DNA of 57,653 nucleotides from an uncultured Muribaculaceae bacterium (lineage in GTDB: Bacteria > Bacillota_I > Bacilli_A > RF39 > UBA660): assembly GCA_964402155.1 (NCBI GenBank), contig CAYOAY010000001.1, forward strand, positions 1 to 57,653, in the 5' to 3' direction. The notes beneath the pieces were generated by a model. The model searched no databases and had not been told where the DNA came from. It saw only the letters and a list, made by a program, of their open reading frames with translations. Positions 38,784-46,414 of the stretch are shown one piece after another (positions within the stretch are counted from its first letter, which is position 1; every line of letters starts with the position of its first letter). The position numbers and the translations under genes are program-made.

Positions 38784-38930
38784 TTATTTATTATCTTTAT
38801 TTGTTACTTTATTTAAAATACAAATTGCAATAAAAATAACCGTCATAGCAATAAATATCGATAATATACCTTTCCAACTAAGTTCTAATGCCTTTAAAAA
38901 GTTTTCTTTAATTTCAGTTGATAAAAACAT
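38784..38930 (-). CDS. Small single-TM protein, possibly an OadG-like gamma subunit
   Basis: 48-aa ORF not in the supplied track (MFLSTEIKENFLKALELSWKGILSIFIAMTVIFIAICILNKVTNKDNK). Its GAGG RBS overlaps the end of oadB and its start lies 10 nt after the oadB stop. Confidence 0.45.
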   Translation of the reverse strand: MFLSTEIKENFLKALELSWKGILSIFIAMTVIFIAICILNKVTNKDNK

Positions 38931-38940
38931 ATTATACCTC

Positions 38941-40062
38941 CTATAGTAATCCTAGAATTACACCACCAGCTACAACTGATGCGATTTGACCAGCAACATT
39001 AGCACTTGCTGCATGCATTAATAAATGATTGGTTGGGTCTTCTTTAATGCCTAGTTTTTGGACAACTCTAGATGCCATTGGAAAAGCTGATATACCAGCT
39101 GCTCCTACCATTGGATTGATTTTCTTTTTTGAGAATATATTTAATATTTTAACAAAGATAACACCACCAAAAGTATCAAATACAAAGGCAAATAAACCAA
39201 GAGCAATAATCATTAAAGTATCAAAAGTAACGAATTCACTAGCTCTCATACTAAATGAAATTGTGATACCTAAAAGCAAAGTAACTAAATTAGATAAAAT
39301 ATTACTTGCGGTATCAGATAAAGAATCTAATACACCACACTCTCTAATTAGGTTTCCAAACATTAAGAAACCAACAAGCGATATTGATGCAGGTGCTATT
39401 AATCCCGCAATCATCGTTACAACAATTGGGAAAATAATCTTTGTTGTTTTAGAAACACTTTGAGGATTATATTCCATTTTAATTCTTCTTTCATTTTTAG
39501 TTGTTAATCCTTTAATAACAATAGGTTGAATAATTGGAACAAGTGCCATATAACAATATGCGGCAACAGCAATCGCTCCTACATACTTACTTCTTAAAAC
39601 TTGAGATACTAAAATTGATGTAGGGCCATCAGCAGCACCAATAATACCAATACTTGCCGCATCCCTAATATCAAATCCTAATAGAGTCGCAATTGTTAAT
39701 GTAAAGAATATACCAAATTGAGCAGCAGCACCAATGAATATTAATTTGGGATTAGATAATAGTGGTCCAAAATCAATCATTGCGCCGATACCTATAAATA
39801 ATAATAATGGTAAAATTTCAGATGCTTCAATACCTACTTCAAATAACCATTGTATAGCACCTACTACTTCTTCGCCACCATTAGTTTGATTAATTACACC
39901 TGATAAAGGTAAATTAACTAAGATGGCACCAAAACCCATAGGTAATAATAATGCGGGTTCTAGTTGTTTTTTAATAGCTAAAAATATTAAAATAATACCA
40001 ACAACATACATTACACATTGTTGCCATGTAATGTTACTAATTCCTTCTAATAAAAAATCCAT
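38941..40062 (-). CDS. oadB: Sodium ion-translocating decarboxylase, beta subunit
   Basis: Strong collinear matches to OadB/GcdB/MmdB blocks: EPALLLPMGFGAILVNLP, GIGAMIDFGPLLSNPK, GAAAQFGIF, IGIIGAADGPTSI, AYCYMALVPIIQP, FGNLIRECGV, KINPMVGAAGISAFPMASRV. Confidence 0.9.
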   Translation of the reverse strand: MDFLLEGISNITWQQCVMYVVGIILIFLAIKKQLEPALLLPMGFGAILVNLPLSGVINQTNGGEEVVGAIQWLFEVGIEASEILPLLLFIGIGAMIDFGPLLSNPKLIFIGAAAQFGIFFTLTIATLLGFDIRDAASIGIIGAADGPTSILVSQVLRSKYVGAIAVAAYCYMALVPIIQPIVIKGLTTKNERRIKMEYNPQSVSKTTKIIFPIVVTMIAGLIAPASISLVGFLMFGNLIRECGVLDSLSDTASNILSNLVTLLLGITISFSMRASEFVTFDTLMIIALGLFAFVFDTFGGVIFVKILNIFSKKKINPMVGAAGISAFPMASRVVQKLGIKEDPTNHLLMHAASANVAGQIASVVAGGVILGLL

Positions 40063-40166
40063 AATTTTCTCCTATTTTTAATTTTAACACAATTTAAGAT
40101 AACATATTTTGACATTTTTTGCAATTAGTTTACAAACGTTTATAAATATTATTATCTAAAAAGAAA

Positions 40167-40194
40167 AAGATAATACTTTTAATCGTACTATCTT
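40167..40194 (-). terminator. Intrinsic terminator after maa
   Basis: The minus strand reads AAGATAGTAC-gattaaaa-GTATTATCTT (one mismatch), followed by TTTCTTTTT. Confidence 0.5.
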
Positions 40195-40203
40195 AATTAA
40201 TAA

Positions 40204-40755
40204 TTATAATTTTTTTATAATTTTTGCAGGGACACCCGCAACAACACAATTAGATGGAACATCTTTATTAACTAAGCTTCCTGCTCCAACCACAACATTG
40301 TCACCAATATTAACCCCCGCAAGTACTGTTACACCGCCACCTATCCAAACATTATTACCTACATTAATTGGAAAAGCTTCTTCAATTCCTTCAATTCTTG
40401 TTTTAAAATCAAGGGGATGCGTTGCTGTATAAAAGCCACAATTTGGTCCAATAAAAACATTATTTCCAAATGAAACTTCTGCACAATCCAATATTACTAA
40501 ATTATGATTTGAATAAAAATTATCACCAAGTGAGATATTATATCCATAATCACACCAAAAAACAGGTTGAATAATGGGATTTACACCAACTTTACCAAGT
40601 AATTTATTTAATATATGAATAGAATCATTTCCAATTAATATATTATTATATTCTTGACAAAGTCTTTTCGCATATATTCTTTCTTTATCTAATTCAGCAT
40701 CATTTGCATTATAAGGTATTCCATTTATCATTTTTTCTTTTTCTGTCATTTTCAT
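40204..40755 (-). CDS. maa: Sugar O-acetyltransferase (maltose/galactoside acetyltransferase family, left-handed beta-helix)
   Basis: N-terminal Mac-type segment (MINGIPYNANDAELDKERIYAKRLCQEYN) and hexapeptide repeats (VWIGGGVTVLAGVNIGDNVVVGAGSLV). Confidence 0.85.
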   Translation of the reverse strand: MKMTEKEKMINGIPYNANDAELDKERIYAKRLCQEYNNILIGNDSIHILNKLLGKVGVNPIIQPVFWCDYGYNISLGDNFYSNHNLVILDCAEVSFGNNVFIGPNCGFYTATHPLDFKTRIEGIEEAFPINVGNNVWIGGGVTVLAGVNIGDNVVVGAGSLVNKDVPSNCVVAGVPAKIIKKL

Positions 40756-40826
40756 TTTTCCTTTATATAATTAATTTGCAATTTAATATTATTTATTATA
40801 TAATATCTTTGTGGAGGTATAAAACT

Positions 40827-41231
40827 ATGAACATATTATTTTTTCTAACACCAAAAAACAAAGTAGAATATCTAAGTGATGATTATACAATGAGACAAGC
40901 ATTAGAAAAAATGCAATATCACCATTATTCAGCAATTCCCCTATTAAATAGTGAAGGTGAATATGTTGGAACAATATCAGAAGGTGATCTACTTTGGAAA
41001 ATCAAAGAGCTTGAACAATTCGATTTATTAAAAGCAGAAGAAATAAAAATATCTGATATAAAAAGATATCGAGATATTCAACCTATTAAAGTAAATTGTG
41101 AAATGGATAGTTTAATATCTTTAGTTATTAATCAAAACTTTGTTCCTGTAATCGATGACTTCAATAAATTTATAGGTATAATTACCAGAAAAGATATTAT
41201 TACATATTGTTATAAACAAATGAATAAATAA
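40827..41231 (+). CDS. CBS-pair domain protein
   Basis: 134 aa starting MNILFFLTPK after GGAGG. Two CBS motifs (..SAIPLLNSEGEYVGTISEGDLL.. and ..FVPVIDDFNKFIGIITRKDII..). The ORF-track start at 40704 overlaps the maa 5' end and is unlikely. Confidence 0.8.
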   Translation: MNILFFLTPKNKVEYLSDDYTMRQALEKMQYHHYSAIPLLNSEGEYVGTISEGDLLWKIKELEQFDLLKAEEIKISDIKRYRDIQPIKVNCEMDSLISLVINQNFVPVIDDFNKFIGIITRKDIITYCYKQMNK

Positions 41232-41257
41232 ATTAATTAAGGATTACTTTTTAAAAG

Positions 41258-42064
41258 TTAATCCTTTTTTATTAACTCATATATGGCATGAGCTACCCCA
41301 CTATGTTCTTGGTCTTTCGTAATATAGGTAGCTTCATTTTTAACTTTACTACTTCCATTTCCCATAGCAACCTTAGTTTTTACTACATCAAACATCGGTA
41401 AGTCGTTTTCTTCATCACCGATTGCCATCAGCATACTACTATCAATTTCTAAGAACTTAGCTAATTCACTTAAAGCAGTTCCTTTATTAGAATCAATTGT
41501 TAAAAATTCTAAAAAATCAGTTGAACTTTTTAATACATTATATTTTCCTTTTAAATTTTCTTTTATAGTATTAACATATATATTTATCTTTTCATCTTCA
41601 TCAGCAATAATTATTTTATTAGCATAAGGAAAACTTCTAAGTTTAGTAATAGGCGTATTTATAAAGTTTATACCTTTAAATACAGGTTTATTAATTATTT
41701 TTGAAGATATTCCTTCTGTATATATATCATTATCTACATAAACTGTAAAAGTTAAACCATATTTAATTATTTCATCAATAATAATATTTATATCATTATT
41801 ATTAAGAACACTACGTTTAATAATTGAATTATTTGTATTATTAGATATATATGCTCCATTATAAGATATTGAATATTCATTATCATAAACTAAGTCTAAT
41901 TCTTTTAAAATAGGCAATACTCTAAAAAATGGTCTTCCACTAGCAATTACAACTTTAATATTATTCTCTTTCGCATAATTAATAGCATCTATATTCTCTT
42001 TTGTTATTTCTTTATTTTTATTAAGTAATGTATCATCTAAATCAATGGCAATAAGTTTAATCAT
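41258..42064 (-). CDS. Cof-type HAD-IIB family phosphatase
   Basis: Motif I IAIDLDDTLL, motif II ASGR, and motif IV GDEENDLPMF. Confidence 0.85.
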   Translation of the reverse strand: MIKLIAIDLDDTLLNKNKEITKENIDAINYAKENNIKVVIASGRPFFRVLPILKELDLVYDNEYSISYNGAYISNNTNNSIIKRSVLNNNDINIIIDEIIKYGLTFTVYVDNDIYTEGISSKIINKPVFKGINFINTPITKLRSFPYANKIIIADEDEKINIYVNTIKENLKGKYNVLKSSTDFLEFLTIDSNKGTALSELAKFLEIDSSMLMAIGDEENDLPMFDVVKTKVAMGNGSSKVKNEATYITKDQEHSGVAHAIYELIKKD

Positions 42065-42154
42065 ATATATACCTATCCTTCTTATAATAATTATACATTT
42101 ATTTTCTTATTTGCCACGTAGTTTGCATTTTTAAATGAAAGTAATAAATAAATT

Positions 42155-42724
42155 TTATTTTTTATTATTCCAATTAAAACCAAAATCAGTTCTCTTAATT
42201 TTACACATATCACCATTATCTCTATAAAAAACAATTCCTTCAATGTAGTGATTCTCTAAATATTGTTTTATACCATCATAAGATAATGTAATATCATTAA
42301 TAACTCTTAATCCATGTTTTTCTAAATAATCATCTTCTAAATGATAAGGATTCCCACTAAAGTGTACTCCAATTAATTCATACGTACCATCAATTAAAGT
42401 TTCGTATTTTTCTTTTGCTTTGACATGCCATTTATCTGATGGATTATTAGGGTCTACTTTTACATAATGAGGAAAGTGACCAGTAATCAAATCAGGTCCT
42501 GCCTGACAAGGAATAGCATTTTTTGGAAGTACTCTTCCTGGTTTATAATCAAATCTTTTATATAGTACTTGATCTTTTACCATACAACAAGTACCATCTA
42601 GTTTTTCAGTCGCAATTACTTTTTCTAAAAAGACCCACTCACATCCTTCTTCTACTTCATTTGTACATCCTTTAACCCTACCATTTTCATAAATTCTTTT
42701 AAATAATGTTTTCATTTTTTTCAT
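42155..42724 (-). CDS. Minimal ATP-dependent RNA/DNA ligase-like nucleotidyltransferase (no OB domain)
   Basis: Covalent nucleotidyltransferase motifs occur in the correct order: I ATEKLDGTCCMV (KxDG), III TYELIGVHFSGNPY, IV IEGIVFY, V MCKIKRTDF. The protein is only ~190 aa. ATG lies 6 nt after GAGGTG; the ORF-track start is that GTG. Confidence 0.6.
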   Translation of the reverse strand: MKKMKTLFKRIYENGRVKGCTNEVEEGCEWVFLEKVIATEKLDGTCCMVKDQVLYKRFDYKPGRVLPKNAIPCQAGPDLITGHFPHYVKVDPNNPSDKWHVKAKEKYETLIDGTYELIGVHFSGNPYHLEDDYLEKHGLRVINDITLSYDGIKQYLENHYIEGIVFYRDNGDMCKIKRTDFGFNWNNKK

Positions 42725-42730
42725 CTTTTT

Positions 42731-42775
42731 CACCTCATATTATAAATAATACGAATTAAAAGCACAAATTCCATT
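42731..42775 (-). promoter_or_regulatory. Copy A of a shared ~45-nt upstream element (promoter/operator candidate) preceding the ligase-like gene
   Basis: The minus strand reads AATGGAATTTGTGCTTTTAATTCGTATTATTTATAATATGAGGTG. It is near-identical to copy B at 44243-44284 and contains TATAAT. Confidence 0.55.
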
Positions 42776-42776
42776 T

Positions 42777-44237
42777 TTATTTTTTTAAATAATAACCACC
42801 ACTTTTTTTAGATCCAACATACTTTATATATTTTTTTATTTTTCTCTTCAACTCATTTCTTACTTTATCTAATGTTACTGAATAATCATCTTGATTAATT
42901 TTATTTACAATATCTATTGCTTTAATTCCTGGATTATCCTTAATTATATTTAAAATTTTGTTCTGTATTTCATTTATTTGGTCATTTATTTGGTCATTTA
43001 TCTGGTCATTTATCTGGTCATTTATTTGGTCATTTATTTGGTCATTTATCTGGTCATTTATTTGGTCATTTATTTGGTCATTTATCTGGTCATTTATTTG
43101 GTCATTTATTTGGTCATTTATTTGGTCATTTATTTGGACATTACAATTTAATACATAATTTAAATTAGGTAAACGAACTATAAAAAAATTTTCTGATGAA
43201 AAAAATTTCGGTTTTTTATCTGAAGAACTATATGCTTTTACAATTCTTGGAATTCCTGTTCCATAATTCTCAATATAATTCAATTTATCAAGTATATGAA
43301 CAAGCTTAGGATTTCTATATGTTTGAATACCATTCATAATATCATTCATTGTTGCATTATATATACCACCAGGATTTGTTATTTTTACTTCATGTGGGAA
43401 AAATTCAATCTTAATATTTGATCTAATAAGATAATTAGCATGACAAAAAGCATTTAATATTGCTTCACGTAACGAAGCACCAGGATATGATTTTGTTTCT
43501 ATCCTTGTAAAAGATTCTCCAGAAATAACTGCAGATGTATCATTAAAAAAATTAGCTTGTTCTTCAATACAAGTAAATACTTTTATTAAAGAACCTTTAA
43601 ATTCTTTTTTTACTAGGAAATTTAGATTATTATCATATCTAGCTATTTTAACAACTAAATTTGACTGATCAGATAAAAGGTAAGCTAAATTTGTATATTT
43701 ATTTTTTTTATTAATTAAACCTAATGTTCTATACTCTCTTATTGAAAACTTAATTTGTTTTTCATCAAAAATACTTGACAAGTATTTAAACGTTAATTTT
43801 TGTAATTCAGAAGTATCTTCTTCATATATATATTTCTGTGAATCTAACATCATTTTTAATATTTCTTCTTCTGTTGCTCTTCTTGAGCTACTACCTACTC
43901 TTTTAAATACTCCTGATGGTTTAGGCCCTTTATCTCTTAAATAATAAGGTTTATGATTTCCTTCTAAAACATTAATAATTAGTATTCCATCTTCAGTAAA
44001 ATTATGTTTAACAAGTTCAAAAGTTGAAGGATATATAGAATGATCCAGCCAATTACTAATTTCTAAATCTATTTTATCCCTATCAATTTCTTTAAATGGT
44101 TCATAAATGGTCTTATCATTATTAACACCAACGTATATTGTCCCACCATTAGTATTTAGAAATGCAATAATTTCATTTTTTATCTTATCAATAAACTCTC
44201 TTTTATATTCAATATTTACGTTTTCATCTTTATTCAT
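42777..44237 (-). CDS. Schlafen/AlbA_2-domain plus HATPase_c_4-like ATP-binding protein with an (INDQ)n linker and a C-terminal winged-HTH-like domain
   Basis: N-terminus NIEYKREF..IIAFLNTNGGTIYVGV (AlbA_2-type). Middle ASLREAILNAFCHANY..ITNPGG..YRNPKL..NYGTGIPRI (HATPase_c_4-type). Then 14 tandem tetrapeptide units and a tail ILNIIKDNPGIKAIDIVNKI.. Start MNKDEN lies after GAGGTG. Confidence 0.7.
   Translation of the reverse strand: MNKDENVNIEYKREFIDKIKNEIIAFLNTNGGTIYVGVNNDKTIYEPFKEIDRDKIDLEISNWLDHSIYPSTFELVKHNFTEDGILIINVLEGNHKPYYLRDKGPKPSGVFKRVGSSSRRATEEEILKMMLDSQKYIYEEDTSELQKLTFKYLSSIFDEKQIKFSIREYRTLGLINKKNKYTNLAYLLSDQSNLVVKIARYDNNLNFLVKKEFKGSLIKVFTCIEEQANFFNDTSAVISGESFTRIETKSYPGASLREAILNAFCHANYLIRSNIKIEFFPHEVKITNPGGIYNATMNDIMNGIQTYRNPKLVHILDKLNYIENYGTGIPRIVKAYSSSDKKPKFFSSENFFIVRLPNLNYVLNCNVQINDQINDQINDQINDQINDQINDQINDQINDQINDQINDQINDQINDQINDQINEIQNKILNIIKDNPGIKAIDIVNKINQDDYSVTLDKVRNELKRKIKKYIKYVGSKKSGGYYLKK
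42970..43137 (-). repeat. In-frame 12-bp tandem repeat, 14 copies, encoding (INDQ)13-INE
   Basis: Plus-strand unit TCATTTATYTGG repeated head-to-tail. The only variation is the synonymous T/C position (CAA/CAG Gln). Confidence 0.95.
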
Positions 44238-44242
44238 TGTTT

Positions 44243-44284
44243 CACCTCTTATAAATAATTCGAATGTAAAACACAAATTCCATT
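44243..44284 (-). promoter_or_regulatory. Copy B of the shared upstream element, preceding the AlbA_2-family gene
   Basis: The minus strand reads AATGGAATTTGTGTTTTACATTCGAATTATTTATAAGAGGTG. It contains the palindrome ATTCGAAT. Confidence 0.55.
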
Positions 44285-44290
44285 AAAAAA

Positions 44291-44307
44291 ATAGGCCTTT
44301 TAGCCTA
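44291..44307 (-). terminator. Intrinsic terminator after pncB
   Basis: ATAGGC-taaaa-GCCTAT overlaps the pncB stop codon and is followed by T7 on the minus strand. Confidence 0.6.
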
Positions 44308-45735
44308 TTTTCTTCCTTTAACTAATAAATCATGTTTAATATTCCATAGTTTTTCTGATAAGTCAACATAATAACCATGGGGATTATCAAAGCGTTTTAC
44401 TTCATCCCATAGTCTTGATAATGAATAAGTACAGAATTTTCTTGATTCTTCTAAAGATGGCACTTTATATACAAGTTTTCCATTCTTAAATATTGGTTTT
44501 TGAAGAGTTTCTGCTGTAAAATTAGTTAGTGTTTTTCGCTTCCAAGTACAACGTGGATCAAATATTTCATATGGTTCAGTTGGAACTTTTTCATCATAAA
44601 CACATAATACATCAGCAAGAGCTTTATTATCTTCATTTGAAAATAATCTATATGTTTTCTTAAAATGAGGTGTTGTTATTTTTCCTTCATTTTCACTTAT
44701 TTTTATTTTTGGAATAATCATTCCATCTTTTTCAATCGCAGCAAGTTTATAGACTCCATCAAATACTGGGTCTGCTTTTGACGTAATTAGTCTTTCACCG
44801 ACACCATATGAATCAATGCATGCGCCTTGGTTTCGAAGTTCTGTAATTAAGTATTCATCTAAACTATTAGATGCGCAAATAGTAACAAAGTTTAATCCTG
44901 CCTCATCTAGCATTTTTCTTGCTTCTTTTGATAAATAAGCGATATCTCCTGAGTCAATTCTTACTCCAGCTTTCTTTAAATTAAATTCTTTAATAACTTT
45001 TATAGCATTAGGAATACCACTTTGTAATACATTATATGTATCAATTAAAAGTACTACATTATCAGGATATAATTTAACATATGCCTTAAATGCTTCATAC
45101 TCAGATTCAAAGGTTTGAACCCAAGAATGAGCCATTGTTCCTAAGGCCTTTACACCATACCACTGATCACAGGTAACACAAGATGTGCCTGCTGCCCCCG
45201 CAATATAGGCTGCACGTGGACCATTGATGGCTGCTGAAGCCCCTTGAGCACGGCGTGCCCCAAATTCCATAACACTTCTACCTTTAGCGGCACGTACTAT
45301 TCTTTCTGCTTTAGTAGCAATAAGGGTTTGATGGTTTATTGTTAAAAGAACAAATGTTTCAATTATTTGAGCTTCAATAATTGGAGCTTTGATTGTTACA
45401 ATTGGTTCATTAGGAAATATAAAGTTACCTTCTTCCACCGCATATATATCTCCACTAAAATGAAAGTCTTTTAAATAGTTTAAGAAGCCTTCCGAGAAAC
45501 AGCCTTTACTTCTTAAATAATTAATATCTTCTTCTGTAAAGTGTAAGTTTTCAATATAATCAATTAATGTTTTAAGTCCTGCGCATACAGCAAATCCTGC
45601 TTGATTAGGGTTTGTACGATAGAACATATCAAAATATACTATTTCATCTTTCATTCCAAGTTCATAATAGCCATTAGCCATTGTTAATTCATAAAAATCA
45701 GTTAAAGTTGTATAGTTATTTAAATCTTTCATCAT
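44305..45735 (-). CDS. pncB: Nicotinate phosphoribosyltransferase
   Basis: 476 aa. TDFYELTMANGY, GTMAHSWVQ and IDSGD are conserved NAPRTase blocks. Confidence 0.9.
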   Translation of the reverse strand: MMKDLNNYTTLTDFYELTMANGYYELGMKDEIVYFDMFYRTNPNQAGFAVCAGLKTLIDYIENLHFTEEDINYLRSKGCFSEGFLNYLKDFHFSGDIYAVEEGNFIFPNEPIVTIKAPIIEAQIIETFVLLTINHQTLIATKAERIVRAAKGRSVMEFGARRAQGASAAINGPRAAYIAGAAGTSCVTCDQWYGVKALGTMAHSWVQTFESEYEAFKAYVKLYPDNVVLLIDTYNVLQSGIPNAIKVIKEFNLKKAGVRIDSGDIAYLSKEARKMLDEAGLNFVTICASNSLDEYLITELRNQGACIDSYGVGERLITSKADPVFDGVYKLAAIEKDGMIIPKIKISENEGKITTPHFKKTYRLFSNEDNKALADVLCVYDEKVPTEPYEIFDPRCTWKRKTLTNFTAETLQKPIFKNGKLVYKVPSLEESRKFCTYSLSRLWDEVKRFDNPHGYYVDLSEKLWNIKHDLLVKGRK

Positions 45736-46247
45736 TATTCTCCTCTTACTTCAACGTGTATACCTTTTAATATATCAAAGGTTTTGTTATTTAAGTCTTC
45801 ATCAAATGAAGCTGTTAAATTTTTATCAACAATTATTAAGGCATTAGGTAAAGCTGATTTTACCATAATGACATTAGATAAAACACAAATATTTGATACT
45901 AGCCCACATATTTCTACTTCATCATATGGTTTGTCTTTTAAATAGTTAGCAAGATCAAGTGATGGAAAAGTAGGTTTTTCAAATACTTTAATTGCTTTAT
46001 TTAAATAGTTTTTTGTATTGCCATATATATCATGTCCATATGTATCCTTAATACAATGTTTAATTGGTAAATGTTTACCTTCAAATGTATTTAAATAATC
46101 ATCTGTATGTGTATCTAATGTAAATATGATATCATCATATTCTTCTATTTTTTTTACAATTCTACTATCTAATTCTTTTGCTTTAGGAAATCCTAATGCT
46201 CCACAAACAAAATCATTTTGAAAATCAACAATTATTAACAATTTCAT
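45735..46247 (-). CDS. pncA: Nicotinamidase/isochorismatase-family cysteine hydrolase
   Basis: LLIIVDFQNDF (catalytic Asp), a Lys region, and ICGLVSNICV (catalytic Cys). The stop overlaps the pncB start (TAATG). Confidence 0.8.
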   Translation of the reverse strand: MKLLIIVDFQNDFVCGALGFPKAKELDSRIVKKIEEYDDIIFTLDTHTDDYLNTFEGKHLPIKHCIKDTYGHDIYGNTKNYLNKAIKVFEKPTFPSLDLANYLKDKPYDEVEICGLVSNICVLSNVIMVKSALPNALIIVDKNLTASFDEDLNNKTFDILKGIHVEVRGE

Positions 46248-46414
46248 TTTTTGTCACCTTCTTTTTTATTTTTGCATTTTTCACAATCATGCATACAACA
46301 ACTACAACCTTTATTATTACTTTTTATTAAAAATATAATTATAATTACTGAAAGAATGGCAATTATTCCAATTAACGATATATCTATAATATTTAATGTT
46401 AATGCTAATATCAT
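46244..46414 (-). CDS. FeoB-associated Cys-rich small membrane protein
   Basis: 56-aa ORF not in the supplied track (MILALTLNIIDISLIGIIAILSVIIIIFLIKSNNKGCSCCMHDCEKCKNKKEGDKK). One TM segment plus a CxCC..C..C cluster. ATGA overlaps join it to feoB upstream and pncA downstream. Confidence 0.7.
   Translation of the reverse strand: MILALTLNIIDISLIGIIAILSVIIIIFLIKSNNKGCSCCMHDCEKCKNKKEGDKK

Noticed and set aside
40704-40826. Long N-terminal extension of the CBS-domain ORF, and similar extended starts at 13969, 17386, 20201, 26762, 44276 and 53367
   Set aside because: The extensions overlap neighbouring genes, promoters or a riboswitch, and they encode hydrophobic or AT-driven junk. Internal ATGs with good GGAGG-type RBSs give proteins matching family N-termini.
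42970-43137. Possible CRISPR array or other spacer-containing repeat
   Set aside because: The units are only 12 bp, directly abutting with no spacers, and in-frame within a CDS. The three 45-bp repeats at 12267, 13778 and 14748 are 1.0-1.5 kb apart with genes between them, so they are not CRISPR either.
42958-43158. Plus-strand ORF encoding (FIWS)n
   Set aside because: It is the antisense reading of the 12-bp repeat inside the well-supported minus-strand AlbA_2-family gene. It has no RBS and is a repeat-generated artefact.
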